A stretch of DNA of 64,000 bases, taken from the IMG/VR virus record IMGVR_UViG_3300038345_000118, positions 1 through 64,000 of that record. One strand, given 5' to 3'. Within the stretch, counting starts at the first letter, position 1, and each line of letters starts with the position of its first letter. The stretch is from a virus. Taxonomy: Duplodnaviria; Caudoviricetes. Below the pieces are notes generated by a model. The model was given only the letters and a program-made list of their open reading frames with translations, was not told the origin of the DNA and searched no databases. Shown here one piece after another: positions 38,549-47,523 of this stretch. The position numbers and the translations under genes were made by a program.

Positions 38549-38604
38549 CTCGTCGCGTAGCAGAGAACTGAGATTACCCCGTGCCTCGGAGGCATGAAGG
38601 ATTT
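38549..38604 (-). ncRNA. Putative IS200/IS605 right end / omegaRNA 3' scaffold and 20-nt guide
   Basis: AAATCCTTCATGCC-TCCGA-GGCACGGGGTAATCTCA resembles IS605/IS1341 right ends; followed by GTTCTCTGCTACGCGACGAG. Confidence 0.5.
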
Positions 38605-38608
38605 ATGG

Positions 38609-40006
38609 TTACGAGCGTGTGCCTACCTTCTTCCCGTTATCAATTTCCCTATACCTTATATTGTTCCTTATCAGGTCGGAACGCATAGGGCTGACTTCGG
38701 GCATTGAACCGGTATTGCCTATCCCGGTTAAATTTCTTAGATTGATAGCAGCATTCAAGTCACGATCAATTACGTTGCCACATTCAGGGCAGCGATAAAT
38801 TCGCTGATTAAATGTCATGCGTTGTTCGACATGTCCACACTGACAACACCGACGAGTGCTTGGAAAATTAATTGGGGCCTTTATAATTTTTCTACCAAGC
38901 AGTTCGCCGAGAGTCTCCAGCCGATGACGTATCTCATAGAGTCCTACATCCGCAAGGTGGGCATTCAGTTTCTTTTTGCCTTCCTTTCGTTCTACGGATT
39001 TTGCCATCTTTTTGATGGATAGCGTCTCAATGGAAATATACTGATAGTTAGCAAGGATTACCCCACAAAGACGATTACGTAAATCCTCACGCCTATTGCG
39101 TATGCGTGTGCGAAGCCTCCATAACTGTTGTTTCAACCGCAAAAAATTCTTTCCAGGTCTGTTGCCAGATTTCTTCTGCTTCGCACAACTGCAATGATTC
39201 ATACGCTCCTGCAGTTTGTTCTCATGTATCAGTTGCCGCTCCCAGAAACGGAGGTTCTCTATCATCAAGCCATCAGAGGTGACGGCCAGTTCTTTTATCC
39301 CGAGGTCTATGCCAATGGCAGCGGTGGGCGACTGGGCATATCGAGGATGAACACGTATAAATTCTTCTTCAGTGATCTCAACGAGAAAACAAGCGTAGAA
39401 ACGCTCGTTCTTTTGACGGATGGTAACGCTGACAGGTCTGCCTTCATAGCGAAGTGGCCGAGTCATTCGGACACAGCCGAGTTTTGGTAACAACAGGTAA
39501 GGCCGTTTATGGCAGGGCTTGCTACTGGGATCGTCTGCATAAGTCGGTACAAGAGACCCATCACGGCGCTTGTGCATTTTCATTTTCACGCGGTGGTCGA
39601 GAATCTTTGCACCGCCCTCATTATTCGTTGGGAAGTATTCAGTGTAACTTCCATGATTGTATGACTTATTCTTGGGTTTTGGAAATCCGCTCACCTCGTC
39701 GTTACCACCTTGTTTGATTTTTTCATGGCCTTTAAAGAAATTATCAAAGGCTCTTTGAAGGTCGTCAAAAGCATAGCAGGTGGCAGCGGACGAGATTCGT
39801 TTGAGGAACGGCCATTGTCCTGCTTTCTTCTCTTTATTAAACTGAGTGCGTATGTCACGGCAGTTTGTCCTCTGTCCGCTATCACGCAGACGTATCCACT
39901 CGCACAAGCCGTAGTTGTAGGCCAGCCGATGAGCGCCGAAGCACTGGCGGAAGTAAGTTTTCTGCTTATTGTTGGGTCGTATCTCTATGGTCTGTCGTAC
40001 AAACAT
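38609..40006 (-). mobile_element. tnpB: TnpB RNA-guided endonuclease (IS200/IS605 family), no tnpA nearby
   Basis: N-terminal HTH (IEIRPNNKQK...RLAYNYGL), RuvC-I IGIDLG, RuvC-II ISIETL, CCQC/CPEC zinc finger, RuvC-III DRDLNAAINL. Confidence 0.92.
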
Positions 40007-40100
40007 GCTGTTATGTTCTTTGTCTTTTGAGAAATCAGTCCGCCGGCATTGCTACCGGCGGGCTGTCGGTAAGAGATCTTTAGTTATCTGTCGGTGGAGT

Positions 40101-40559
40101 TTAATCCCATGAGTGTTCTTTAAGGGTTTCGTCGTCGGTGGGACAACATCTGATGTCGGGGTCGTTGGTGTAGTCGATGTCGTCGTCCTCGTCGAGTTCC
40201 AGTTGGTTAAGTTCCGAGCGGGCGATGTCGAGGATGGTGGACTTGACGAGGGTTTCACCGTGCTGCATGTAGAGGACGGGGGTGTGGCGGTAGTCGGGCG
40301 AGAGCATGTTTTTCAGGGCCCATGTCTCGGCGGCTAAGGTGTAGTCGCGCTTCAGTTTGGTGAACATCACTTCAGGCATCATCTGCGCCAGTTCGCGTCG
40401 CACGGTGTCGATGTGCTTGAAGTCGAAATAGATGACTTGCGCCTGCACCTGGCCGCCGTCGCTTGTCACCTCCAGTCCGTAGAGAAACCGCCCGAAGTAT
40501 TCCTTCAGCATCTTCTTGTAGTCACGGCCAAGTGACTGAGGGGTTTTGATTCTTTTCAT
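40101..40559 (-). CDS. Hypothetical protein with acidic tail, predicted target of the antisense module
   Basis: ATG lies 1 nt downstream of the antisense target site TGTCAAAATTCATAGCG. Confidence 0.65.
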   Translation of the reverse strand: MKRIKTPQSLGRDYKKMLKEYFGRFLYGLEVTSDGGQVQAQVIYFDFKHIDTVRRELAQMMPEVMFTKLKRDYTLAAETWALKNMLSPDYRHTPVLYMQHGETLVKSTILDIARSELNQLELDEDDDIDYTNDPDIRCCPTDDETLKEHSWD

Positions 40560-40584
40560 ACGCTATGAATTTTGACAAACAAAA

Positions 40585-40659
40585 ACTGCACTACGGGCTG
40601 TCAAGGTTCATAGCGGTGAGACCTTTGGGGCTGTTATCCAGTACCCCACCCGGTGCAGT
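40585..40659 (-). ncRNA. C4/CI-like antisense RNA (75 nt)
   Basis: ACTGCAC/GTGCAGT closing stem and two internal hairpins, with CCGCTATGAA in a loop and TTGACA at a stem end and bulge, complementary to flanking sites at 40561-40577 and 40743-40762. Confidence 0.75.
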
Positions 40660-40765
40660 CGTATTTTTTGAGGATAATCCTCGTTCATTTTCGGGCACAA
40701 AAAATGCCGCTTGTTCGGCGGCTCTTTTTCTTCTTCGTGCCACCGCTATGAATTTTTTGACATGG

Positions 40766-40773
40766 CAAAGATA
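40766..40773 (-). promoter_or_regulatory. Sigma-A -7 element driving the antisense module
   Basis: TATCTTTG on minus strand directly upstream of the first target site. Confidence 0.6.
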
Positions 40774-40987
40774 GGATGATTTTCTGAAACTTCCAAATTT
40801 TTCCGCAACTTTTTTTTGAGCGAAATCAGGTTATAACAAAGTTATAAAAAAAATTTGATATACCAATTTGGCATATCAAAAATATGTAAATGGATGTTCT
40901 ATCTGTTTTGAAGTCGCAATTTGCGACTTCAAGTTATTAACTTCCTCATTTTCAAAATGATTGAATTTGACATCACAATTTGTGATA

Positions 40988-41290
40988 TCAAAGAGCCGGT
41001 CGCATGATGGAGAGTCCAAGCGCGTTGATGATGCTAAGGAAGAAGCCTGCGGATGGTTCCACTCTTCCTGTCTCGATGCGCGAGATGTAGGACTTCTTGC
41101 TGCCTACGCGGTCGGCAAGTTCCTGCTGCGTGATGCCGTCGTGCTTGCGGGCATCACGAATGATAGTGCCAACATAGTAGGCGTATGCCTCGCGGCGAAA
41201 ATGGTCGCGCTGCGGAGTGCCAGGCTGACCGACGAGTGAGTTCATCACTTCGTCGAAACTGTGTACATCAGGATTGATCTTTGCTTGCAT
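40988..41290 (-). CDS. HigA-like XRE antitoxin
   Basis: IRDARKHDGITQQELADRVGSKKSYISRIETG; downstream of a RelE-like toxin. Confidence 0.85.
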   Translation of the reverse strand: MQAKINPDVHSFDEVMNSLVGQPGTPQRDHFRREAYAYYVGTIIRDARKHDGITQQELADRVGSKKSYISRIETGRVEPSAGFFLSIINALGLSIMRPAL

Positions 41291-41603
41291 AGTATTCTTT
41301 CTTTAATTTGACTGCTTTATTGATTTCGGATGTGGGTGTCTTCTGTGTCTTCTTCTGAAATCCGTTGAATAGCATGACGATGTTGTTGCCATCGAAGATG
41401 AAGAATGCGCGATAGATGTTACCCATGTGGAAGGCCCTGAGTTCAAAGACACCATCTCGTATGTGCTTGACAAACTGCTGGTTCAGGCGCTGCTGTGTCT
41501 TCAGCATGTCTAACACATAGAGAACTTTCCTCTGTGCTCCTTTGTCGAGCGACTGAAAGAAGTCAAGGAAGTAGTGCTTGTAGTACAGTATCTTTCGCTC
41601 CAC
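41268..41603 (-). CDS. RelE/HigB-like type II toxin (Gp49-like), probable GTG start at 41603
   Basis: KHIRDGVFELRAFHMGNIYRAFFIFDGNNIVMLFNGFQKKTQKTP; toxin-first gene order. Confidence 0.85.
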   Translation of the reverse strand: MERKILYYKHYFLDFFQSLDKGAQRKVLYVLDMLKTQQRLNQQFVKHIRDGVFELRAFHMGNIYRAFFIFDGNNIVMLFNGFQKKTQKTPTSEINKAVKLKKEYYASKDQS

Positions 41604-41749
41604 GGTGCAAAGATAGCAAATGTTTTCAAATATGAAAACTTTTTGTGGATTTTTTTGCAAAATAAAATTCAGCCCGCCGGACACGGGGCTGGGCGGGCTG
41701 AACGCAGGCGGTCTGGCTCCCTCCCTTCGGGAGGGGCAGGGGTGGGTTT

Positions 41750-42187
41750 TTACGGCTCAACGGTGCCGTTCTCTCCATCGTCGGAATCGAAGCCGGCATA
41801 GATGTCGGCCTCTTTGAAGGTGGCATCTTCGAACAGCTGACGAGCACGGAAGCGCTTGCCGAGGAAGAGGTTCATGTGGACACCCTTGATGCAGTTGGCG
41901 GTGAAATCGGAGGCCGTATCGCAGCCACGGGTGGAGATGCCAATCTTGAAAATGCCCAGTTCGTCGAACTCCACGGCCTTGCCCTCCAGGAGCAGCTCGC
42001 GCAGACAGACTTCCATCTCTACGAGCACACCACGGATGGTGCCCTCGGAGAACACACAATGGTGATTGGCCATGTGCGTTATAAATTCCTCAAAGGTGAC
42101 GCGCTCGTGGGTGGCCCGTCCGTAATACTTCATGTAGCTCATTTCGGCCTTCTCGTTCTTGTTCTGGTACTTTTTGTAACGGATCAT
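41750..42187 (-). CDS. HU-like DNA-binding protein (Bacteroidales type)
   Basis: TFEEFITHMA...SEGTIRGVL...LLEGKAVEFDELGIFKIGI. Confidence 0.85.
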   Translation of the reverse strand: MIRYKKYQNKNEKAEMSYMKYYGRATHERVTFEEFITHMANHHCVFSEGTIRGVLVEMEVCLRELLLEGKAVEFDELGIFKIGISTRGCDTASDFTANCIKGVHMNLFLGKRFRARQLFEDATFKEADIYAGFDSDDGENGTVEP

Positions 42188-42344
42188 GGTTCAGAAAAGT
42201 TTAGGGTTGTGTGGCACTATTGCCGCCGTAAAGGTAGGCAAAGAGTTTATCCTGCAGTCGGTTCGTTTGGGATATGGTCGGTTATCGTCGGTAACAGTCG
42301 GCAGAAATCACTCGAATACGCCGGGAAAATATTAACTTTGTGGT

Positions 42345-42563
42345 ATGAAAGCGTTTCGAGTTAAAGAATACGGGAGGACGGAGTTGGCCCTGCTCTACTG
42401 TCCGGACATCACGCCCGATGCCGCGTGGCGGAAGTTGCGGCAGTGGATTCACCATTTTCCTGGACTCGAAGAGAGTCTGGCCGAACACGGCTACACCAAC
42501 CGCTGCCGCTCGTTCACTCCGGCACAGGTTCGCCTGATAGTGGAAGCGCTTGGAGAACCCTAA
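42345..42563 (+). CDS. DUF4248-like small DNA-binding protein
   Basis: YGRTELALLYCP...AWRKLRQWI...FTPAQVRLIVEALGEP. Confidence 0.8.
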   Translation: MKAFRVKEYGRTELALLYCPDITPDAAWRKLRQWIHHFPGLEESLAEHGYTNRCRSFTPAQVRLIVEALGEP

Positions 42564-42647
42564 ATCCTTTAACATATTTTTTGTGCTGGTTTTTGGCAAA
42601 AATCAATATAATCTTTTTCAAAAACCAATATGATTTTAAAAAGTTAA

Positions 42648-42759
42648 GAGTGAAGAGTGAAAGGCTACGGGTAGGCGAGCATCGCTCGGGAATGGAGTGA
42701 AGAATTGGCGCTTCGCGCGATTATCAATTAAGAATTAAGAATTAAGCATTAAGCATTAA
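42648..42759. repeat. Composite repeat element (copy 2, intergenic) followed by TTAAG(A/C)A heptamers
   Basis: Near-identical to 754-811. Confidence 0.85.
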
Positions 42760-42867
42760 ATCGCTTTCCGTATCGCTTAGGGCATTTTGCTCGTTTTTGT
42801 GACTATGTTTTAACTTTTTTTATGGGGTTATTTTCAACGGCTCAAATTCCTCATTTTCTCATTTTCT

Positions 42868-43302
42868 TCATCTCTCATTTTCTTTGGGCACCGCCTCGCG
42901 CCAGATGCCTTTCTGGTTGGGCTGGTACTTCAGACCTTTGCGCTTGCGGATGGGTGGGTCCTTGGGGTTGTGGACGAAGGAGCGGCGGGTGGGGTCGAAA
43001 CGTTGCTGCTCCACCACCTCGCGGCGCATGTTGCGCGTGGGGGCGAACTTCAGGCGCTTGCAGGCGGGCACGGTGCGGATTTCGTCGCGACCTCCGTAGG
43101 TGTAGTGATACTTACGTTCGGGGATGTCGATGACGGCGAAGGTGCCGAACGACTCGACGGGTACACAGAGTGAACCTTCGGCAAGCTGGAAACGGATCTC
43201 GTCGAAGACGGCGGGCAGCACCTGCTCGACGGTGGCCCTGCTGATGCCGCTGCGCTTCACGACGGCGGCGATGAAATGTTTTTTGTAGTCGTAGGGACGC
43301 AT
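42868..43302 (-). CDS. HU/IHF-family DNA-binding protein
   Basis: FIAAVVKRSGISRATVEQVL...VESFGTFAV...LKFAP. Confidence 0.75.
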   Translation of the reverse strand: MRPYDYKKHFIAAVVKRSGISRATVEQVLPAVFDEIRFQLAEGSLCVPVESFGTFAVIDIPERKYHYTYGGRDEIRTVPACKRLKFAPTRNMRREVVEQQRFDPTRRSFVHNPKDPPIRKRKGLKYQPNQKGIWREAVPKENER

Positions 43303-43306
43303 ATTT

Positions 43307-43540
43307 TCAAGTGAAGAGTGAAGAGTGAAGAGTGAAGAATTTGCTGCCGCACAACGTAACCATTACGAACAGCATGGCAAACAGGATGGCAGCAACGATG
43401 TAAAACGCCGTGCGCCATGCGTTGCGTTCACGCTCTATGCCGTAGTTGTCGATAGAAGTTTGAAGACTTTTGTGCCATACCTTCATGTATTCTTGATCGT
43501 CTGGCCTCGGTGCCGGAATGTCTGAGGGTTGAATTTTCAT
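43307..43540 (-). CDS. Small single-pass membrane protein
   Basis: One hydrophobic helix; repeat-derived FTLHSSLFT tail. Confidence 0.55.
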   Translation of the reverse strand: MKIQPSDIPAPRPDDQEYMKVWHKSLQTSIDNYGIERERNAWRTAFYIVAAILFAMLFVMVTLCGSKFFTLHSSLFT

Positions 43541-43642
43541 ATTTTCTGTTTCTGTTAAATGAGCATAAGGCTCGGATTATAATTTTGTTGACGATAATTA
43601 ATGTTAAATGTGGCGGACAAAATGATGCTTTTTGCCCTGAAC

Positions 43643-43951
43643 TCAAATTCGCAGGATGAAATCGTTGGCCTGGAGGATGCAGCAATCACGAAGTCGGCGC
43701 GTCTGGCCGCTGGCGGTGAACTGCACGAGGCGCGAAGGGTAGGCACCTGGGCCGTCGTCGGGATAGACGGCGATGGTGACAACCTCTTCGCCACGAATCA
43801 CGTCGCCATTGCTGGCGGCCACGTACCACACGCGCCAGGGGATGCGTTCAAGAGCCTCTCCCCCAACTCCTCTCCCAGAGGGAGGGGGGACTTTTACCAG
43901 GCGCGAGCGTTCGGCTACTCTACGGAGTTCTGAAAGGGCGAGGGTTTTCAT
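43643..43951 (-). CDS. Hypothetical protein
   Basis: Packed ORF with an in-frame palindrome insertion (PPPSGRGVGGE). Confidence 0.55.
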   Translation of the reverse strand: MKTLALSELRRVAERSRLVKVPPPSGRGVGGEALERIPWRVWYVAASNGDVIRGEEVVTIAVYPDDGPGAYPSRLVQFTASGQTRRLRDCCILQANDFILRI

Positions 43952-44195
43952 TTTAAGTTAAGAGTGAAGAGTGAAGAGTGAAGTATCCACTCCCTCCCCT
44001 CGGGGAGGGTCGGGGTGGGGGTCATAAATCCGTTTTCAGAATTGTGTAATACAATTCCAGAAGTTCGTCACGGGTGAGAGTAACCTGACGGTGAAACCCT
44101 TCGGAGTCCGTTCTGGTCACTATCCACATATCAGACTTCCCATCCTTCTTCAAATCAACATTCATGTAAGTGAAGAGTGAAGAATTTTTTAAAGG

Positions 44196-44732
44196 TTAAG
44201 ATTCGGAGCTCTGGAATTTCTTCAGGAGGATCTGCCGTTCTTCCTCATCGCGCTTACGCTTGGCCACGGTCTCACGGTCGGGGCCGTATTCACGGATGAA
44301 TCGCAAGAGGGTTTCGTATTCGTTATGCAGACGGAGGAAGTCGGCATCGGGTCCGCTCCATGGCTTACGGTCCTCACGGGGACATCCGTCGAGCCATGCA
44401 ACCAGGCTGATGTTCGGTCGGAGCTGATGAGTGACATGCGGCAGTATGCGCTCCAGCATTATATCTTCGTGGTTTATGCCGTCGAGCCACCAGTTTACCC
44501 ATGCCTGTATTTCCTCTCCAACAGCTTCGCGTGATCCGTAGCGGCGGACATACTCTGGCAGGCGGTCGATGACCTTCCGCATTTCGTCGAGCGAGAAGAA
44601 CATCGTGTCTCCGAAGCAGCACAGGAAAGGATCATCAGACACCCAGAACTCAGGTTCCATGCCGATGACCTCTCCGAAGAGCCGTGCATATTCCTTCGCC
44701 ACGGCCCACAGTTGTTCATTGAGTTTTTTCAT
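44196..44732 (-). CDS. Hypothetical protein
   Basis: 178-aa ORF. Confidence 0.6.
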   Translation of the reverse strand: MKKLNEQLWAVAKEYARLFGEVIGMEPEFWVSDDPFLCCFGDTMFFSLDEMRKVIDRLPEYVRRYGSREAVGEEIQAWVNWWLDGINHEDIMLERILPHVTHQLRPNISLVAWLDGCPREDRKPWSGPDADFLRLHNEYETLLRFIREYGPDRETVAKRKRDEEERQILLKKFQSSES

Positions 44733-44774
44733 TTCACTTTAATATTAATATTATTGCGTTATTGCGTGATAACG

Positions 44775-45293
44775 TTATTTCGATGGAGGTGGCGGCGGGA
44801 GTTCGGCAGCCTGTTTCTTGACAAGTTTTTCAATGGCCTTATCGAGAACATCCCGGGCAGGCTTTGCCAGTCCGAACACGCCGAAATGGTAGGCCACGCA
44901 ACTCTCGATGTTTGCACCGCGTGACTGCTGCCAGCCCGGCATCTTGTAAATGCGGTTACAGCGGGTGAGTAGCCAGAGGTCGTAGAACAGCGTGAGTTTG
45001 TAGCCGATGATACAAAAAAGCCAAGGGAAGCGGCACGTCCATACACGCACCGGATTTACGATGTGGGTGTAACCCTGTCGGCGAAGCAGCTGCTCGGCAA
45101 GACGGAAGCGGGCGATGTACTGTTCTCGCTGCACCGATGACATTGGCCCGGAGATGTATATAAGGTCTTTGTTTTTCTTCATGTTTGCGGTTTTTGTTAT
45201 CATTTTTGTTTTCCGTGAGTTATCTGAAGAGCCTGAGCCACCATGTACGTTTCCGGATGATCCATACGCCGGCGGCGAGTGCGAGGGCGACAA
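44775..45293 (-). CDS. DUF4406 / nucleoside 2-deoxyribosyltransferase-like protein (likely start near 45182)
   Basis: IYISGPMS...IVNP...CNRIYKMPGWQQSRGANIE. Confidence 0.8.
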   Translation of the reverse strand: MSPSHSPPAYGSSGNVHGGSGSSDNSRKTKMITKTANMKKNKDLIYISGPMSSVQREQYIARFRLAEQLLRRQGYTHIVNPVRVWTCRFPWLFCIIGYKLTLFYDLWLLTRCNRIYKMPGWQQSRGANIESCVAYHFGVFGLAKPARDVLDKAIEKLVKKQAAELPPPPPSK

Positions 45294-45927
45294 GAACCAG
45301 ATTACCCATCCAGAGGCGCATTTGCTCCCAGGTGGTAAACTGCCGTTCCACCTCCTTCACCACCGGCACGGGTACCGGCACCTCTTTCTCGCGATACACG
45401 ATGCTGTCGCGTGTGGTCTCTTTGTGCTGCACGGGTACCGGTACGGGTGTGTCAAGACTGCGAAGGCTATGAAAGAGCAGGCCACCACGAATGGAGGCCG
45501 TGCTCTCGGCAAAGGAGATGCGAAGTGTAGAGGTAGTGTCGGGTGTCGTTCGCTCTACCACCTGTGCGGGCAGCGTGACATACTGCGTGTCGGGTATGAA
45601 GATTGTATTAGTAGTTACCTCGGTGCGGATGCTGTCTCGGATCTCGACGACTGGCATGTACTTTGTCTTGCATCCGGAAAGCAGAGCACAAACCATAAAT
45701 ACAATGATGAATCCCAGCAGATACAGTCCGCATCCGTAAACGGTCATTTTTTCGCGGATTTCCTCACGCTCTTCCGGCGTAAGATCTTTCATGGACGGAA
45801 ACACATCGTTGTCGAATCCGTAGGGGTTGTTAAATGAGTTGAGCATGTTTTTGTTCTCGTTATGACGTTGTTTCGTTATAACGAATTTACAGGTTAACGG
45901 ATAAAAAATCAAGGGCGTATTTTTCAC
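45220..45927 (-). CDS. Lipoprotein/membrane protein, possible spanin-like lysis accessory (likely start near 45846)
   Basis: Hydrophobic helix ending LLSGC, beta-rich middle, C-terminal TM; spanin role is inference. Confidence 0.55.
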   Translation of the reverse strand: MKNTPLIFYPLTCKFVITKQRHNENKNMLNSFNNPYGFDNDVFPSMKDLTPEEREEIREKMTVYGCGLYLLGFIIVFMVCALLSGCKTKYMPVVEIRDSIRTEVTTNTIFIPDTQYVTLPAQVVERTTPDTTSTLRISFAESTASIRGGLLFHSLRSLDTPVPVPVQHKETTRDSIVYREKEVPVPVPVVKEVERQFTTWEQMRLWMGNLVLVALALAAGVWIIRKRTWWLRLFR

Positions 45928-45971
45928 AAAAGCGCCGCCAACCCAAAAAGCTACAACAGGGTCGGCAGCGC
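45928..45971 (-). terminator. Terminator-like hairpin in the leader of the 45.9-42.9 kb operon
   Basis: GCGCTGCCGACCC/GGGTTGGCGGCGC followed by TTTT on minus. Confidence 0.5.
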
Positions 45972-46853
45972 GGAGAATGGAAATTCAGCAAATTGCTTCA
46001 AAGAGAAGCAAGACTCAGAGCAAGAAGGCTACCTAAGCTGAAGCAGCCAACTCTACGAGTATATCCATCCTCACAGGATTCTTTTCACATTATTATCTTT
46101 TTATGGCAAAAATTGAAATGCACCTCACGGCGATATTTGGGTCGCGGCGCAGACGCAGGCATTAGAGGTGGCGTTAGCTGTGCGTTTTAATTAGGCGGGA
46201 AAACTGCGCCGCGATGTATCTGAAGACTGTTAGTCTGCTTTATGTTTGCGTTGCAAAGGTAAGTAATTTTATCGTAACTACCAAGAAATTAGATAGTTAT
46301 CTTTTGAAATTTGGTTTTTGAAAAGCCGCATTTGTCCGCTTGTCTGGCGACTATCAAAACGCCGAATAACTCGTAACTCACTGATTATCAATTATTTATT
46401 TTAAAATTTTGCGGTTATTTTTATATTTTTATATTCATAAAGTGATTCAAAAAAAGGAAAGGATAGTATATATATATTATGTAAGTTATTGTATATCAAT
46501 CATTTATTTTTATTTATCAATCTCTTATTACTTATAGTGGGTATGAGGGAGTTTCGCGCATGTATGATGAAATTAGTATTTCAATAAGAGAGTTTATATG
46601 TTTTTTTTGTTTTTAAAATACTTTGGGCGAAAAATGGGTGTTTTTAGACAAGTGGGTAAAAAATGCATTGTAACTTATTGATATTCAGATAGGTTTCACT
46701 TATTTTTGCGTTAGACAAATAAAATGGCGAAAAACGGCACTTTTTGGAGTGTAACTTATTGATAATCAGTACTTGTCTAAAGTTTGTCCAAAACTTATTT
46801 TTTTGAGCCTAAATCAGACAAAAACAAGCGTTTTTGAATAAGTTGGAAAACTT

Positions 46854-47516
46854 TTGGAGAAGCAAACGGAAATGATTAACTTTGCCGTCGAGATGGAGAA
46901 AAACTACAAGATACCGCCGATAACGTGGCTGAAGATGACGGACTACATGCACGGTTGGCTGCAGCATGAGCTGGGCGGCGGTGCGAGAATCAAGGACCAG
47001 CGCGTAGTATGCGTGCAGCATCTGCCTGGTGCCAGGGAGGTGTTGCGCATGGAAACGGTGGAGGATATGATGGAGAAGCGTCCTGCCGGCAATGCCATGA
47101 GCGGCACGCGGAAGAACTGTCTATGTGCCGGGATGGAACTGGACCCCGGTGTAATCGAGCGCGAGTACGGCATGACAAAAGAGCTGCTGAAGTTATACGT
47201 TCCCATCGAGTGTCCGAAGATGTGCCTGACGAAGAACGGCGTACTGCGTCCGTGGACGCTCAACGTATGCTTTGACAAGGAGCAGGCCACGGCTCTGCAG
47301 AAGTTGCTCAGACGTGAGTTTTGGAAGGCTGTGGAGAAATATAACGCGGAGTATGCCAGAAAGATGGGCGGGAAGAAATATCCTGCAATCGACATGATTG
47401 AGAATTTCTGCATGGATACCGAAACGCCGGACATGTACACAGAGGCCATCAGGCGGGAATGGCAGCGGAGATGTAAGAGAAAACCCACCCCTACCCCTCC
47501 CGAAGGGAGGGAATGA
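46854..47516 (+). CDS. Hypothetical protein
   Basis: 220-aa ORF with alternative start codon, convergent with the rep operon. Confidence 0.55.
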   Translation: MEKQTEMINFAVEMEKNYKIPPITWLKMTDYMHGWLQHELGGGARIKDQRVVCVQHLPGAREVLRMETVEDMMEKRPAGNAMSGTRKNCLCAGMELDPGVIEREYGMTKELLKLYVPIECPKMCLTKNGVLRPWTLNVCFDKEQATALQKLLRREFWKAVEKYNAEYARKMGGKKYPAIDMIENFCMDTETPDMYTEAIRREWQRRCKRKPTPTPPEGRE

Positions 47517-47523
47517 TTAGGCA

